Shown here one piece after another: positions 8,699 to 18,244 of a stretch of 51,202 nucleotides of DNA. This DNA comes from Woeseiaceae bacterium. Its GTDB lineage: Bacteria; Pseudomonadota; Gammaproteobacteria; Steroidobacterales; Woeseiaceae. Numbering within the stretch: position 1 is the first letter of the stretch; the number at the start of each line of letters is the position of its first letter. Position numbers and translations under genes: made by a program. The DNA lies in NCBI GenBank assembly GCA_041609735.1, contig JBFIQH010000001.1:1-51202 (forward strand). The letters run 5' to 3'. Under the pieces are notes generated by a model. It worked only from the letters and a program-made list of their open reading frames with translations, had not been told where the DNA came from and did not search any database.

Positions 8699-9133
8699 AT
8701 GCGAAGAGTCAATCGCAGCGCGCTCGTGCCGTATTCGGCGGCTGAAATGTATGCGCTGGTGGACAACATCGAGACCTACCCGGAATTCCTGCCGTGGTGC
8801 GCCGCGGCAACCGTTCACAAGCGCAGCGGCGACATCGTCGAGGCAACGCTGGAGATTCGACGTGCGGGCATCCACAAATCGTTTATGACTCGCAATCGCG
8901 TCAAGGCAGACGAGCGCATCGACATCACGCTGATCCGCGGGCCGTTTCGGCAACTCGCAGGGGGCTGGCGCTTCGAGGCGCTGGACGAGCGCGCGTGCAA
9001 AGTGTCATTGCGACTGGAGTTTGATTTCGAACATGCGATCGCCAGCCTGTTTTTCGGGCGGGTCTTCGAAGAAATCAGCCGCTCTCTCGTCGATGCCTTT
9101 ACGAAAAGGGCTGACGACGTCTATACCGGGTGA
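8699..9133 (+). CDS. ratA: SRPBCC-family ribosome-association protein RatA (YfjG/Coq10-like)
   Basis: MRRVNRSALVPYSAAEMYALVDNIETYPEFLPWC aligns closely with my recollection of E. coli RatA. The conserved ratA-rnfH-bamE neighbourhood is present. Confidence 0.85.
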   Translation: MRRVNRSALVPYSAAEMYALVDNIETYPEFLPWCAAATVHKRSGDIVEATLEIRRAGIHKSFMTRNRVKADERIDITLIRGPFRQLAGGWRFEALDERACKVSLRLEFDFEHAIASLFFGRVFEEISRSLVDAFTKRADDVYTG

Positions 9134-9149
9134 TGCCAGGGAAGCTGCC

Positions 9150-9431
9150 GTGCGAATCGAAGTCGTTTACGCAACAAAGTCTCGCCAGGAACTCGTGGAA
9201 CTTTCCGTCGAAGTCCCGCCAACGGTCGCTGAAGCGATCCGCCTGTCCGGCATCGGGGCACGAGTTCCCGACACCGACCTCGATGCACTCGACGTCGGCA
9301 TCTGGGGCCGCGTCGTGTCTCGCGAGACGATCGTCAGTGATGGTGACCGAATCGAGATCTATCGGCCGCTGCAAAGGGATCCGCGGGAAGCACGGCGATT
9401 GCGAGCCGCACAGACGGATAGTCATGGATAG
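9150..9431 (+). CDS. rnfH: RnfH family ubiquitin-fold protein (YfjF/RatB)
   Basis: C-terminal part of ORF 9021..9431: VRIEVVYA...GIWGRVVSRETIVSDGDRIEIYRPL. The only in-frame start after the ratA stop is GTG 9150. Confidence 0.75.
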   Translation: MRIEVVYATKSRQELVELSVEVPPTVAEAIRLSGIGARVPDTDLDALDVGIWGRVVSRETIVSDGDRIEIYRPLQRDPREARRLRAAQTDSHG

Positions 9432-9466
9432 AGCGCCATCGATGCCGTGGCGCGGGGAAATCGGCG

Positions 9467-9790
9467 TCAAAGATCGGGGTTAAGCTGCAGATCCTTTCGG
9501 ATCTCGGACACCCGGTCGTTTTCGAAAAAGATCGAAACCCAGCGCTCGAACGACGCGTCTTCGCGTCCGATTTTCATGTAATAAACATAGTCCCAGCGAT
9601 TCGCGTGAAACGGGTCGTCGATCAAGGGTGTGCCGAGAAGGAAGCGAACCTGGCTGCGCGTCATGCCGAGCGTGACCTGTTCGAGTTCTTGCTGCTCGAT
9701 CAGGTTGCCCTGCGAGATACTCGCACGGTAGACACATCCGGCCGAAACCAGCGTCGTACAAAGTACAACTATCAGCAATAGTCGGTTCAT
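9467..9790 (-). CDS. bamE: outer membrane protein assembly factor BamE (SmpA/OmlA)
   Basis: MNRLLLIVVLCTTLVSAGC has a lipobox. LGMTRSQVRFLLGTPL and FHANRWDYVY are typical BamE. An alternative upstream ATG at 9811 is possible. Confidence 0.85.
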   Translation of the reverse strand: MNRLLLIVVLCTTLVSAGCVYRASISQGNLIEQQELEQVTLGMTRSQVRFLLGTPLIDDPFHANRWDYVYYMKIGREDASFERWVSIFFENDRVSEIRKDLQLNPDL

Positions 9791-9935
9791 TGCAAAGCTT
9801 GGAGTACGCATCGGGCTCCCGGGTTCCTCGGATCTGCGGTAGTCCGCAGACAGCATCTACGTCATAATAGGCGCGCATCATACCGTTTGAATTCCGATCA
9901 CGATACCCGCAGACCTGCCGGGGGCGAGGCGCTCA

Positions 9936-10346
9936 ATGGAGCAACGCAAGGAACTACGAAAAGCCGGGCTCAAAGTCACGCTGCCGCGGCTGAAGATCCT
10001 GGAAATCCTCGAAGACTCCAAGCTCCGGCACATGAGCGCCGAGGACATCTACAAGGATCTGATCGAGTCCGAGGAGGATATCGGGCTCGCGACGGTATAC
10101 CGGGTCCTGACCCAATTCGAGTCTGCCGGCCTCGTGACGCGGCACAATTTTGAAGGCGGCCACTCGGTGTTCGAGCTCGACGACGGCGAACATCACGACC
10201 ACATGGTGTGTGTCGACAGCGGCGAGGTGGTCGAATTCGTCAGCGAGGAAATCGAGCGCCTGCAGAAAGAAATTGCCGCGAAACACGGCTTCGAGCTGCT
10301 CGACCACAGCCTGGTTCTTTACGTTAAACCGTTAAAAAACACCTAG
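9936..10346 (+). CDS. fur: ferric uptake regulator Fur
   Basis: LKVTLPRLKILEIL, ATVYRVLTQFESAGLV, HHDHMVCVDSGEVVEF. Divergent from bamE, as in many gammaproteobacteria. Confidence 0.95.
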   Translation: MEQRKELRKAGLKVTLPRLKILEILEDSKLRHMSAEDIYKDLIESEEDIGLATVYRVLTQFESAGLVTRHNFEGGHSVFELDDGEHHDHMVCVDSGEVVEFVSEEIERLQKEIAAKHGFELLDHSLVLYVKPLKNT

Positions 10347-10439
10347 GAGGGCCTTCAGGCCCGATACAACAACGGCTCGCCAGGACCGTGGGCGGAACCT
10401 GGTCACGGCTATTCCTGGTAGGAGAGACCAGGGCCGCTC

Positions 10440-12128
10440 CTACATTGCCAGCTTATTCTTCGTTTTCGTCGACAACATTTCGGCCGCATGCTCGCGCGTT
10501 TTCCGTGTGATCTTGACGCCGCCGAGCATGCGCGCGAGCTCGTCGATGCGCTCGCTGTCGTCCAGCGGATCGACCTGGGTCCGGGTCGCTTTTCCGTCGG
10601 TAACCTTCGCAATGCGGAAATGTTGTGCTGCGAGACTTGCGACTTGCGGCAGATGGGTGACGCACAGCACCTGGCGCGTTTCGCCGAGTTCCGCGAGGCG
10701 TCGCCCGACCATTTCCGCGACCCCACCGCCAACGCCACTATCAACCTCGTCGAAAACCATCGTCGGGATCGAGCTGCCGTCACTGGCAATAACCTGGATC
10801 GCGAGGCTCATGCGTGACAGTTCGCCACCGGAGGCAACACGCGATAAGGGCATCAGCGGTTGTCCGGGATTGGCGGAAATCATGAACGTGATGTCGTCGA
10901 GTCCGTGACTGCGCGCTTCGTCCTCGTCGCGTCGCCGAAGTTCGATCTCGAACGTACCGCCCGGCATACCCAGGCCATGCATTGCGTCCGAAACTGCAGC
11001 CGCCAGTTTTTTCGCCGCAGCCTTGCGCCGGGCGGACAGGTTGCTGGCGAGCGCCAGGAAACTCTCACGCGCCGCATCCAGCTGCTGCTCGAGCTCGCGG
11101 CTGCGTTCGCCGGCGTTCGTCAGCTCCTCAAGCTCAGCGGCAAGGCGCTGCGTCAGCTCGGGAAGCTCCGCCGGCTCGACGCGATGCTTGCGGGCCAGCG
11201 AGCGTACCGCATCCAGCCGCTCTTCAACCTCGTTCTGACGTCCGGGATCCATATCGATATCGGCCGCATAACGGCGCAATTCATCCGCCGCTTCGCCAAT
11301 CTGGATGCCGGCGCTTTCCAGCAGCTCGGATACTGGCGACAGTGCGGCGTCGAATTCGGTCAGCGTGCCGACGGCGCGCGCGGCGTCGGCAACCAGGTGG
11401 CTCGCGTTGCGTTCGTCGTCATCGGACAGCGCCTGCAGCGCCTGCGCGACACCGTCCGCCAATCGGCCGCTGTTGGCGAGCTTCTGCCGCTCTACGCGCA
11501 GTTCCGCAATTTCATCGGCTGAAATCGCCAGCGCGCTGAGTTCGTCGTATTGAAAGGTCAACAGGTCGATCCTGGCGGCACGATCCGCTTCGTCGCCCGT
11601 TAACTTGCGAAACCGCTGCGCGAGCTCGTGCCATTGCTCATAAGCGACCGCCGTCTGCTCGCGGTCTTTTTGCAGGCCGCCAAAAAAATCCAGCAGGTTG
11701 CGCTGGACGTTACGTCTGCCCAGTGACTGGTGAAAATGCTGTCCATGGATATCGACCAGGAACTCACCGAGCACCTTGAGCTGCTGCACAGGCACAGCGT
11801 TACCGTTAATAAACGCTCGTGAACGGCCATCGGCGTTGATAACCCGTCGCAGCAGGCAGTCGCCATCGGCGTCGAGCGACTGTTCGTCGAGCCACTCGGC
11901 AACCTGTGGCATCGCGGTAATATCAAACTCGGCGCTGAACTCGGCCCGTTTGGCGCCGCTTCTCACCATCTGTGCGCTGCCGCGTTCGCCGAGCACGAGG
12001 CCGAGCGCGTCGACGAGGATCGACTTGCCTGCGCCGGTCTCGCCGGTTAGAACCGTCATGCCGGATTCGAACGCGACCGCGATGCGATCGACGATCGCGA
12101 AGTCACGAATGCGAAGGTCCGTCAGCAT
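10440..12128 (-). CDS. recN: DNA repair protein RecN
   Basis: 562 aa with N-terminal Walker A GETGAGKSILVDAL, a long coiled-coil middle and a C-terminal SGGELSR signature. Confidence 0.95.
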   Translation of the reverse strand: MLTDLRIRDFAIVDRIAVAFESGMTVLTGETGAGKSILVDALGLVLGERGSAQMVRSGAKRAEFSAEFDITAMPQVAEWLDEQSLDADGDCLLRRVINADGRSRAFINGNAVPVQQLKVLGEFLVDIHGQHFHQSLGRRNVQRNLLDFFGGLQKDREQTAVAYEQWHELAQRFRKLTGDEADRAARIDLLTFQYDELSALAISADEIAELRVERQKLANSGRLADGVAQALQALSDDDERNASHLVADAARAVGTLTEFDAALSPVSELLESAGIQIGEAADELRRYAADIDMDPGRQNEVEERLDAVRSLARKHRVEPAELPELTQRLAAELEELTNAGERSRELEQQLDAARESFLALASNLSARRKAAAKKLAAAVSDAMHGLGMPGGTFEIELRRRDEDEARSHGLDDITFMISANPGQPLMPLSRVASGGELSRMSLAIQVIASDGSSIPTMVFDEVDSGVGGGVAEMVGRRLAELGETRQVLCVTHLPQVASLAAQHFRIAKVTDGKATRTQVDPLDDSERIDELARMLGGVKITRKTREHAAEMLSTKTKNKLAM

Positions 12129-13024
12129 CAGCCGCTGCCTGTCGGAACACGCACCCGGTTATCCCGGCCCCACAACAATTTCGATCGCAGGATGCTGTAG
12201 TAGTCGTAACCGGGCGGGTGGATCAATGTCAGGCGGCGCTCGGCTGCCGAAATTGTCAGCGTGTGTGTGGGCAGAATCTCCCCCATCGACAGGCCGTCGA
12301 CCGTAATTTCAGCTTTGGTTTCATCTCGCTCGAGTACTCGCACGTCAATCGCCTTCTGTGCCGGAATCACGAGCGGCCGGTCGGTCAGCGTGTGTGGGCA
12401 AACAGGGACGACGACCAGCGCGTCGAGATGCGGCTGGATGATGGGGCCGCCGCAACTCAGCGCATACGCTGTCGATCCGGTCGGCGTCGCGACGACGAGC
12501 CCGTCGCCCGAGTGCGTGTTGACGTAGCGGTCACCGATGCGAGTTTCGAAGTCGACCATGCGGCCGGTCTCGCGCCGCTGCAGGACGACGTCGTTCAGCG
12601 CAATCGCCACCAGCGTTTCTTCGCCGGGCCTTTGCAGTGATGCCGTCAATTTCAGTCTCGAGTCACGGGTATAGTTGCCGCGCAGCACGTGATCGACGCT
12701 GTCCAGCATCTCGTCCGGCGTGATGTCCGCGAGAAAGCCAAGACGGCCGCGGTTGACGCCGAGCACCGGCGTATCGGTATCGCCTGCGATCCGGGCCGCG
12801 TACAGCATCGTTCCGTCACCGCCAATCGCAATAATCAGGTCCGCCTTGTCGGTCAGCCTGGACTCGCCGGTGCGGGTGACGTCGATGTCGAGTTCGTTGG
12901 TTTCGGCGGCGAGCACGTCGACGCCGACTTTTGTCAAATGGCCAACCAGCACCGCCATCGGTTCTGCTACCCGAATGTCGTCGTGGCGCCCAATGACGGC
13001 GATTTTCTGAAAGGCGTGCCCCAT
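12128..13024 (-). CDS. nadK: NAD(+) kinase
   Basis: Real start is ATG 13024 (MGHAFQKIAVIGRH...), inside the 493-aa ORF 12128..13609. GGDGT motif (IAIGGDGTMLYAAR). Stop TGA overlaps the recN ATG by 1 nt (TGATG). Confidence 0.9.
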   Translation of the reverse strand: MGHAFQKIAVIGRHDDIRVAEPMAVLVGHLTKVGVDVLAAETNELDIDVTRTGESRLTDKADLIIAIGGDGTMLYAARIAGDTDTPVLGVNRGRLGFLADITPDEMLDSVDHVLRGNYTRDSRLKLTASLQRPGEETLVAIALNDVVLQRRETGRMVDFETRIGDRYVNTHSGDGLVVATPTGSTAYALSCGGPIIQPHLDALVVVPVCPHTLTDRPLVIPAQKAIDVRVLERDETKAEITVDGLSMGEILPTHTLTISAAERRLTLIHPPGYDYYSILRSKLLWGRDNRVRVPTGSG

Positions 13025-13192
13025 GCGTGAACGGTGGTGCGGCTCCGGCGATAGTATGGTCAGGCATTGTTGCAGACCCCCGACCGACCGCCAAGCGGTT
13101 GCCTGTGCCCGGACAGGGTGATATTGATGGCGTACTATTGAGTTTGACACTATCACAGCCAGGCGCACTGGCACTCCAGGTGTTTTCGGCAA

Positions 13193-14254
13193 ATGGCGGC
13201 AGACGCGATCACCAAGGCTCCGAACGAACGCGCACAGCACCTGCTGCGCGTACTGATCCAGCGTTATATCCGTGACGGCCAGCCGGTCGGGTCGAGGACG
13301 CTGTCCAGGGATTCCGGTCTCGACCTGAGCCCTGCAACGATTCGCAACGTCATGTCCGATCTCGAGGACATGGGTCTGGTCAGTGCCCCACACACGTCCG
13401 CGGGCCGCGTTCCGACGCCAAAGGGGTATCGCCTGTTCGTCGATACGCTGGTGCGCTACAGGGAGCCTCGCGGCGGCGACATGGAGAAGCTGAAGTCGCA
13501 GCTGACGGGCGCTGCCGACGACCCGACATCGCTGATCAACTCGGTGTCGCGCATGCTGTCGGACGTCACCAGCCTGGCGGGTGTCGTGTCGGTGCCGAAA
13601 GGTCAGCATGCAATGTTGCGGCAGATCGAGTTCCTGCCGCTATCTGATTTGCGCATCCTGGCCATCCTTGTCATTAACGACCGCGAAGTACAGAACCGGA
13701 TCCTGCACGTCGACCGCGAGTATTCGTCGTCGGAGCTGACGCAGGCTGCCAACTTTATTAACGAACACTACGCCGGTGTCGAGCTTGCAGACTTGCGGGA
13801 CAAGCTTGTCGACGATCTCGATAAACTGCGAGAGTCGATGAACCAGGCGATGGTCGACATCATCGCTGTCGCCCAGTCGGCGATGGACGGCACGACGGAC
13901 GCCAATAGCGACTTTGTGCTGGCCGGCGAGACGAACCTGATGGGCTTTGCCGAGCTGTCGGATATCGAAACGCTGCGCCGGCTGTTCGAGGCGTTCTCGA
14001 AGAAGCGGCTGATCCTGGATCTGCTGAACCGCAGTATTCATGCGGACGGCGTGCAGGTCTTCATCGGCGAGGAATCCGGCTACAAGATTCTCGATGACTG
14101 CAGCGTCGTCACGGCGCCGTATCATCTTGACGACGGCACGATCGGCGTGCTCGGCGTCATTGGGCCGACGCGTATGGCCTATGACCGGGTCGTGCCGATC
14201 GTCGATCTGACCGCGCGCTTGCTACGGTCGGCCATTGGCCACAGAAACGCCTGA
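13193..14254 (+). CDS. hrcA: heat-inducible transcription repressor HrcA
   Basis: LLRVLIQRYIRDGQPVGSRTL, ATIRNVMSDLEDMGLV, HTSAGRVPTPKGYRLFVD. Lies upstream of grpE-dnaK-dnaJ. Confidence 0.9.
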   Translation: MAADAITKAPNERAQHLLRVLIQRYIRDGQPVGSRTLSRDSGLDLSPATIRNVMSDLEDMGLVSAPHTSAGRVPTPKGYRLFVDTLVRYREPRGGDMEKLKSQLTGAADDPTSLINSVSRMLSDVTSLAGVVSVPKGQHAMLRQIEFLPLSDLRILAILVINDREVQNRILHVDREYSSSELTQAANFINEHYAGVELADLRDKLVDDLDKLRESMNQAMVDIIAVAQSAMDGTTDANSDFVLAGETNLMGFAELSDIETLRRLFEAFSKKRLILDLLNRSIHADGVQVFIGEESGYKILDDCSVVTAPYHLDDGTIGVLGVIGPTRMAYDRVVPIVDLTARLLRSAIGHRNA

Positions 14255-14280
14255 GCCCGCCAAAAAAACGCCGTCGAGGG

Positions 14281-14307
14281 TTGATATTTCTGATCCGGGC
14301 CCCAGAC
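14281..14307 (+). promoter_or_regulatory. candidate sigma32 (RpoH) promoter for grpE
   Basis: TTGATA (14281-14286), 13 nt, CCCCAGAC (14300-14307). Same geometry as the stronger dnaK site. Confidence 0.35.
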
Positions 14308-14377
14308 TTCGCCCGCGAGGGGCGTTATACCCGCTAATGTTGACGATAATGATTTTCAAGTCGGAGCAAAAAAAACG

Positions 14378-14971
14378 ATGACTGGGCAAGCGCGGCACCC
14401 GGCCGACGACAACGGCGACACGACAGACGGCAGCGTCGAGGCTGGCCAGGACGCGGACGCCTCGCCGGAAATCGGCGACGCGCCGGATATCGCGGCGGCC
14501 CTCGCGGCTGCCGAAGCCAAGGCGGCCGAGAATTGGGATCGCTACCTGCGCGCTGTCGCCGAAGCGGACAATATTCGCAAGCGCGCCGCTCGCGACGTCG
14601 AGAATGCACGCAAATACGGGCTGGAGAATTTTGGGCGCGACCTTCTGGCCGTGCGCGACAGTCTCGAGATGGGCATCCAGGCGGCCGAGAATGCGGATGT
14701 CGAAACGCTGCTCGAGGGCAAGGAGGCCACGCTGAAACTGTTGACGACCACTCTCGAGCGCTTCGGTATCGAGGAAGTCGATCCGGTCGGGCAGCCATTC
14801 GATCCGGAGTTTCACGAGGCCATGACGATGCAGCCGTCGACCGAGGCCGAGCCCGGGTCCGTGCTGACGGTGATCCAGAAAGGTTACTCGCTCAATGGCC
14901 GTCTGCTGCGCCCGGCGATGGTCGTCGTGGCCGCAGAACCGGCCGCCGACGACGCCGCCGGCAGCAAATAA
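14378..14971 (+). CDS. grpE: nucleotide exchange factor GrpE
   Basis: 197 aa. YLRAVAEADNIRKRAARDVENARKYG and FDPEFHEAM are typical GrpE. Acidic N-terminal extension. Confidence 0.95.
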   Translation: MTGQARHPADDNGDTTDGSVEAGQDADASPEIGDAPDIAAALAAAEAKAAENWDRYLRAVAEADNIRKRAARDVENARKYGLENFGRDLLAVRDSLEMGIQAAENADVETLLEGKEATLKLLTTTLERFGIEEVDPVGQPFDPEFHEAMTMQPSTEAEPGSVLTVIQKGYSLNGRLLRPAMVVVAAEPAADDAAGSK

Positions 14972-15003
14972 TGCCCGTACCGGCGCCGAAAGCCCTGCCG
15001 GCG

Positions 15004-15031
15004 CTTGAAATGGGCCGTCGTGTCCCCACCT
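15004..15031 (+). promoter_or_regulatory. sigma32 (RpoH)-type heat-shock promoter for dnaK
   Basis: CTTGAAA (15004-15010), 13 nt, CCCCACCT (15024-15031). Compare the consensus CTTGAAA-N13-15-CCCCATNT. Lies 42 nt upstream of the dnaK ATG. Confidence 0.6.
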
Positions 15032-15072
15032 AGACAAACAACGTTTTACACCCGATTTTTGGAGCAGAAACA

Positions 15073-17001
15073 ATGGGAAAAGTGATTGGTATCGACCTGG
15101 GTACCACGAACTCCTGCGTAGCAGTCATGGAGGGTGACAAGCCCAAGGTCATCGAGAATTCCGAGGGCGACCGTACGACCCCGTCGATTGTCGCGTTCAC
15201 CAAGGACGACCAGGTACTGGTCGGCCAGTCCGCGAAGCGCCAGGCGGTAACGAACCCCGAGAACACGCTGTTTGCCGTCAAGCGCCTGATCGGCCGCCGT
15301 TTCGAGGACGACGTCGTGCAGCGCGACATCAAGATGGTCCCGTACAAGATCGTCAACGCGGACAACGGCGATGCCTGGGTCGAGGCCCAGGGCAAGCAGA
15401 TGGCGCCGCCCGAGATCTCTGCGCGCGTGCTGATGAAGATGAAGAAAACCGCCGAGGACTACCTCGGTGAGGAGGTCACCGAGGCCGTCGTCACCGTGCC
15501 CGCATACTTCAATGACTCGCAGCGTCAGGCGACCAAGGACGCCGGCAAGATCGCAGGTCTCGACGTCAAGCGCATCATCAATGAGCCGACCGCGGCAGCG
15601 CTGGCGTACGGCATGGACAAGAAGCGCGGTGACAAGAAGATCGCCGTGTTCGACCTCGGTGGCGGTACGTTCGACGTGTCGATCATCGAAATCGCGGAGG
15701 TGGACGGCGAACACCAGTTCGAAGTGCTCGCGACCAACGGCGATACGTTCCTCGGTGGTGAGGACTTCGACCTGCGCGTCATCGAATACCTGACGTCCGA
15801 GTTCAAGCGCGAGAGCGGTGTCGACATCACGAAAGATCCGCTCGCGATGCAGCGCCTGAAAGAGGCCGCTGAAAAAGCCAAGATCGAACTCAGCTCGCAA
15901 CAGCAGACAGAAGTAAACCTGCCTTACATCACGGCGGATTCCACCGGTCCGAAACACCTGAATATCAAACTGACGCGGGCCAAGCTGGAGTCGCTCGTCG
16001 ACAGCCTGATCGATCGCACGATGGAGCCTTGCAAAATCGCGCTTCAGGATGCTGGATTGAAGGTCAACGAGATCGATGACGTCATCCTCGTCGGTGGACA
16101 GACGCGCATGCCGAAGGTGCAGGAAGTCGTCAAGAACTTCTTCGGTAAAGAGCCGCGTAAGGATGTGAATCCGGACGAGGCGGTTGCGCTCGGTGCCGCG
16201 ATTCAGGGTGGTGTGCTTGCCGGTGACGTCAAGGACGTGCTGCTGCTCGACGTGACTCCGTTGTCGCTCGGAATCGAGACGCTCGGCGGTGTCATGACGA
16301 AGCTGATCGAGAAGAACACGACGATTCCGGCAAATGCCGAGCAGGTATTCTCGACGGCGGAAAACGAGCAGACGGCAGTCACGATCCACGTGCTGCAGGG
16401 TGAACGCGAACGCGCGGTCGACAACAAGTCGCTTGGTCGTTTCGACCTGACAGATATTCCGCCGGCGCCGCGCGGCATGCCGCAAATCGAGGTCAAGTTC
16501 GATATCGATGCCAACGGCATTCTGAACGTATCGGCCAAGGACAAGGCCACCGGCAAGAGCCAGAATATCGTCATCAAGGCCTCGAGCGGGCTGTCGGACG
16601 AGGAGATCGAGCGCATGGTCGCCGATGCCGAGAGCCACGCCGAGGAGGATCGGAAGTTCCGCGAGCTCGTTGACGCACGCAACCAGGCCGACAGCCTGAT
16701 CCATGCCGCGGAGAAGACACTGTCCGATCTCGGCGAGAAGGCAACGTCGGAGGAGCGCATGAAGGTCGAAAGTGCCGTTTCCGACCTGAAGTCGGCGCTC
16801 GAGAAAGACGACAGGGAGGCGATCGAGAAGAAGACGGCTGCGTTGGCCGAAGCGTCCGGCAGCCTGGCCCAGCGCCTGTATGCCGAGCAGCAGGGCGCCG
16901 AAGGACAGGCAGAGGGTTCGGGCGCTGACGGCAGCGGCTCCGAAGACGATGTCGTCGATGCGGAGTTCGAGGAAGTCGACAAGGACGACAAGAAAAGCTA
17001 G
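15073..17001 (+). CDS. dnaK: molecular chaperone DnaK (Hsp70)
   Basis: 642 aa. [36 protein letters not shown]. Confidence 0.99.
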   Translation: MGKVIGIDLGTTNSCVAVMEGDKPKVIENSEGDRTTPSIVAFTKDDQVLVGQSAKRQAVTNPENTLFAVKRLIGRRFEDDVVQRDIKMVPYKIVNADNGDAWVEAQGKQMAPPEISARVLMKMKKTAEDYLGEEVTEAVVTVPAYFNDSQRQATKDAGKIAGLDVKRIINEPTAAALAYGMDKKRGDKKIAVFDLGGGTFDVSIIEIAEVDGEHQFEVLATNGDTFLGGEDFDLRVIEYLTSEFKRESGVDITKDPLAMQRLKEAAEKAKIELSSQQQTEVNLPYITADSTGPKHLNIKLTRAKLESLVDSLIDRTMEPCKIALQDAGLKVNEIDDVILVGGQTRMPKVQEVVKNFFGKEPRKDVNPDEAVALGAAIQGGVLAGDVKDVLLLDVTPLSLGIETLGGVMTKLIEKNTTIPANAEQVFSTAENEQTAVTIHVLQGERERAVDNKSLGRFDLTDIPPAPRGMPQIEVKFDIDANGILNVSAKDKATGKSQNIVIKASSGLSDEEIERMVADAESHAEEDRKFRELVDARNQADSLIHAAEKTLSDLGEKATSEERMKVESAVSDLKSALEKDDREAIEKKTAALAEASGSLAQRLYAEQQGAEGQAEGSGADGSGSEDDVVDAEFEEVDKDDKKS

Positions 17002-17008
17002 GAGTATC

Positions 17009-17031
17009 CGGCCCGGTCAGCGACCGGGCCG
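17009..17031 (+). other. 10-bp perfect GC-rich hairpin just after the dnaK stop
   Basis: CGGCCCGGTC-agc-GACCGGGCCG, with no U-tract. Confidence 0.6.
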
Positions 17032-17050
17032 TACGCTCAATAATCAGTAA

Positions 17051-17077
17051 GGGCGCCGCTTGCGGCGCCCGCGTTTT
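17051..17077 (+). terminator. partial terminator/attenuator hairpin between dnaK and dnaJ
   Basis: GGGCGCCG-cttg-CGGCGCCC followed by GCGTTTT. Confidence 0.5.
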
Positions 17078-17107
17078 GGGGCGCCGGTACGCGCAAATCA
17101 GGGAATC

Positions 17108-18244
17108 ATGGCGAAACGCGACTATTACGAAGTACTCGGTGTCTCGAAATCGGCCTCGGCCGCCGAGATCAAGAAGGCGTATCGCCGACTTGCCATGAAA
17201 CACCACCCGGACCGCAACAAGGACGATGAATCTGCGGCGGCTCGCTTCAAGGAGGCCAAGGAGGCCTATGAAGTCCTCAGTAATGCCGAGAAGCGCGCGG
17301 CCTACGACCAGTTCGGCCACGACGGCCTGCGCGCCAGCGCTCACGGCGGCGGCGGATTCGGCGGAGCCGAGGGATTCGCCGATATCTTCGGCGACGTGTT
17401 TGGCGACATTTTCGGCGGCGGCCGCGGGCGCGGCGGTGCGAGCCAGGTGTTTCGCGGCGCAGACCTCGGTTACGAGCTCAAGCTAGACCTCGAAACTGCG
17501 GTCAAGGGCGATACGGTCACGATCGACGTGCCGACCCAGGTCAGCTGCGAAACCTGTGACGGCAGCGGCGCGCGCAAGGGCACGTCGCCGACCAATTGTT
17601 CGACCTGCCACGGCACTGGCCAGGTGCGCATGCAGCAGGGATTTTTCTCGATCCAACAAACCTGCCCGAACTGTAAAGGGGCCGGCACGATCATCAGTGA
17701 CCCCTGCGGCGATTGCCAGGGCCGGGGTCGGGTGCGCAAGACACGCACCTTGTCGGTCAAGGTTCCCGCGGGCGTCGACGACGGTGACCGGATCCGCCTG
17801 TCCGGCGAAGGTGAAGCCGGACGAAATGGCGGACCGCCGGGCGACCTGTATGTCGAAATCCGGGTCAAGCCGCACAAGCTTTTCGAACGCGCGGGCTCCG
17901 ATCTGTCCTGCGAGGTCCCGGTCAGCTTCGGCAAGGCGACGCTCGGCGGCGAAGTCGAGCTGCCGACGCTCGATGGCCACGTGTCATTGAAGATTCCGGC
18001 CGGCACACAGTCCGGCAAGGTGTTTCGCCTGCGCGGCAAAGGCGTCACGACGGTCCGTGATCCGCGCGTAGGCGACCTGTTCGCCAAGGTCGTCGTCGAA
18101 ACGCCGGTCAACCTGACCAGTGAACAAAAAGCGATACTGGAACAGTTCGAGGCATCGATTCATTCGGGCGGCGACAAGCACAGTCCGCGCGCCGGCGGCT
18201 GGCTCGAGACCGTAAAGCGCTTCTTCGAGCGCATCAGCCAGTAA
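17108..18244 (+). CDS. dnaJ: molecular chaperone DnaJ
   Basis: Start ATG 17108 ([12 protein letters not shown]). HPD motif (KHHPDRN), G/F-rich region and four CxxCxGxG zinc-finger repeats. Confidence 0.97.
   Translation: MAKRDYYEVLGVSKSASAAEIKKAYRRLAMKHHPDRNKDDESAAARFKEAKEAYEVLSNAEKRAAYDQFGHDGLRASAHGGGGFGGAEGFADIFGDVFGDIFGGGRGRGGASQVFRGADLGYELKLDLETAVKGDTVTIDVPTQVSCETCDGSGARKGTSPTNCSTCHGTGQVRMQQGFFSIQQTCPNCKGAGTIISDPCGDCQGRGRVRKTRTLSVKVPAGVDDGDRIRLSGEGEAGRNGGPPGDLYVEIRVKPHKLFERAGSDLSCEVPVSFGKATLGGEVELPTLDGHVSLKIPAGTQSGKVFRLRGKGVTTVRDPRVGDLFAKVVVETPVNLTSEQKAILEQFEASIHSGGDKHSPRAGGWLETVKRFFERISQ

Noticed and set aside
8699-9431. ratA-rnfH as a mobile toxin-antitoxin or defence module
   Set aside because: This pair sits in its conserved housekeeping context (smpB ... 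ratA-rnfH-bamE), and the family is broadly a ribosome or quinone-associated SRPBCC protein. Nothing suggests an accessory TA cassette.
9857-9935. Possible Fur box in the bamE-fur divergent spacer (GTCATAATAGGCGCGCATCATAC)
   Set aside because: It contains only scattered ATNAT hexamer-like pieces interrupted by GC-rich sequence. The match to the 19-bp GATAATGATAATCATTATC consensus is poor.
12195-12210. LexA/SOS-box-like CTGTAGTAGTCGTAAC inside the 3' end of nadK
   Set aside because: It lacks the ACAG arm of the gammaproteobacterial box and matches only half of the Xanthomonas-type TTAGTAGTAATACTA motif.
13163-13177. CIRCE-like half-site GCGCACTGGCACTCC upstream of hrcA
   Set aside because: Only one arm resembles TTAGCACTC. 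No GAGTGCTAA partner lies 9 nt away, so it is not a CIRCE operator.
13025-13609. 195-codon N-terminal extension of the nadK ORF (ORF 12128..13609)
   Set aside because: The extension runs through the nadK-hrcA promoter region and antisense into hrcA. NAD kinase homology begins at MGHAFQKIAVIGRH (ATG 13024).
15046-16704. 552-aa ORF antisense to dnaK
   Set aside because: Same artefact. The long antisense frame of dnaK is a well-known consequence of codon bias. No start context or motifs.
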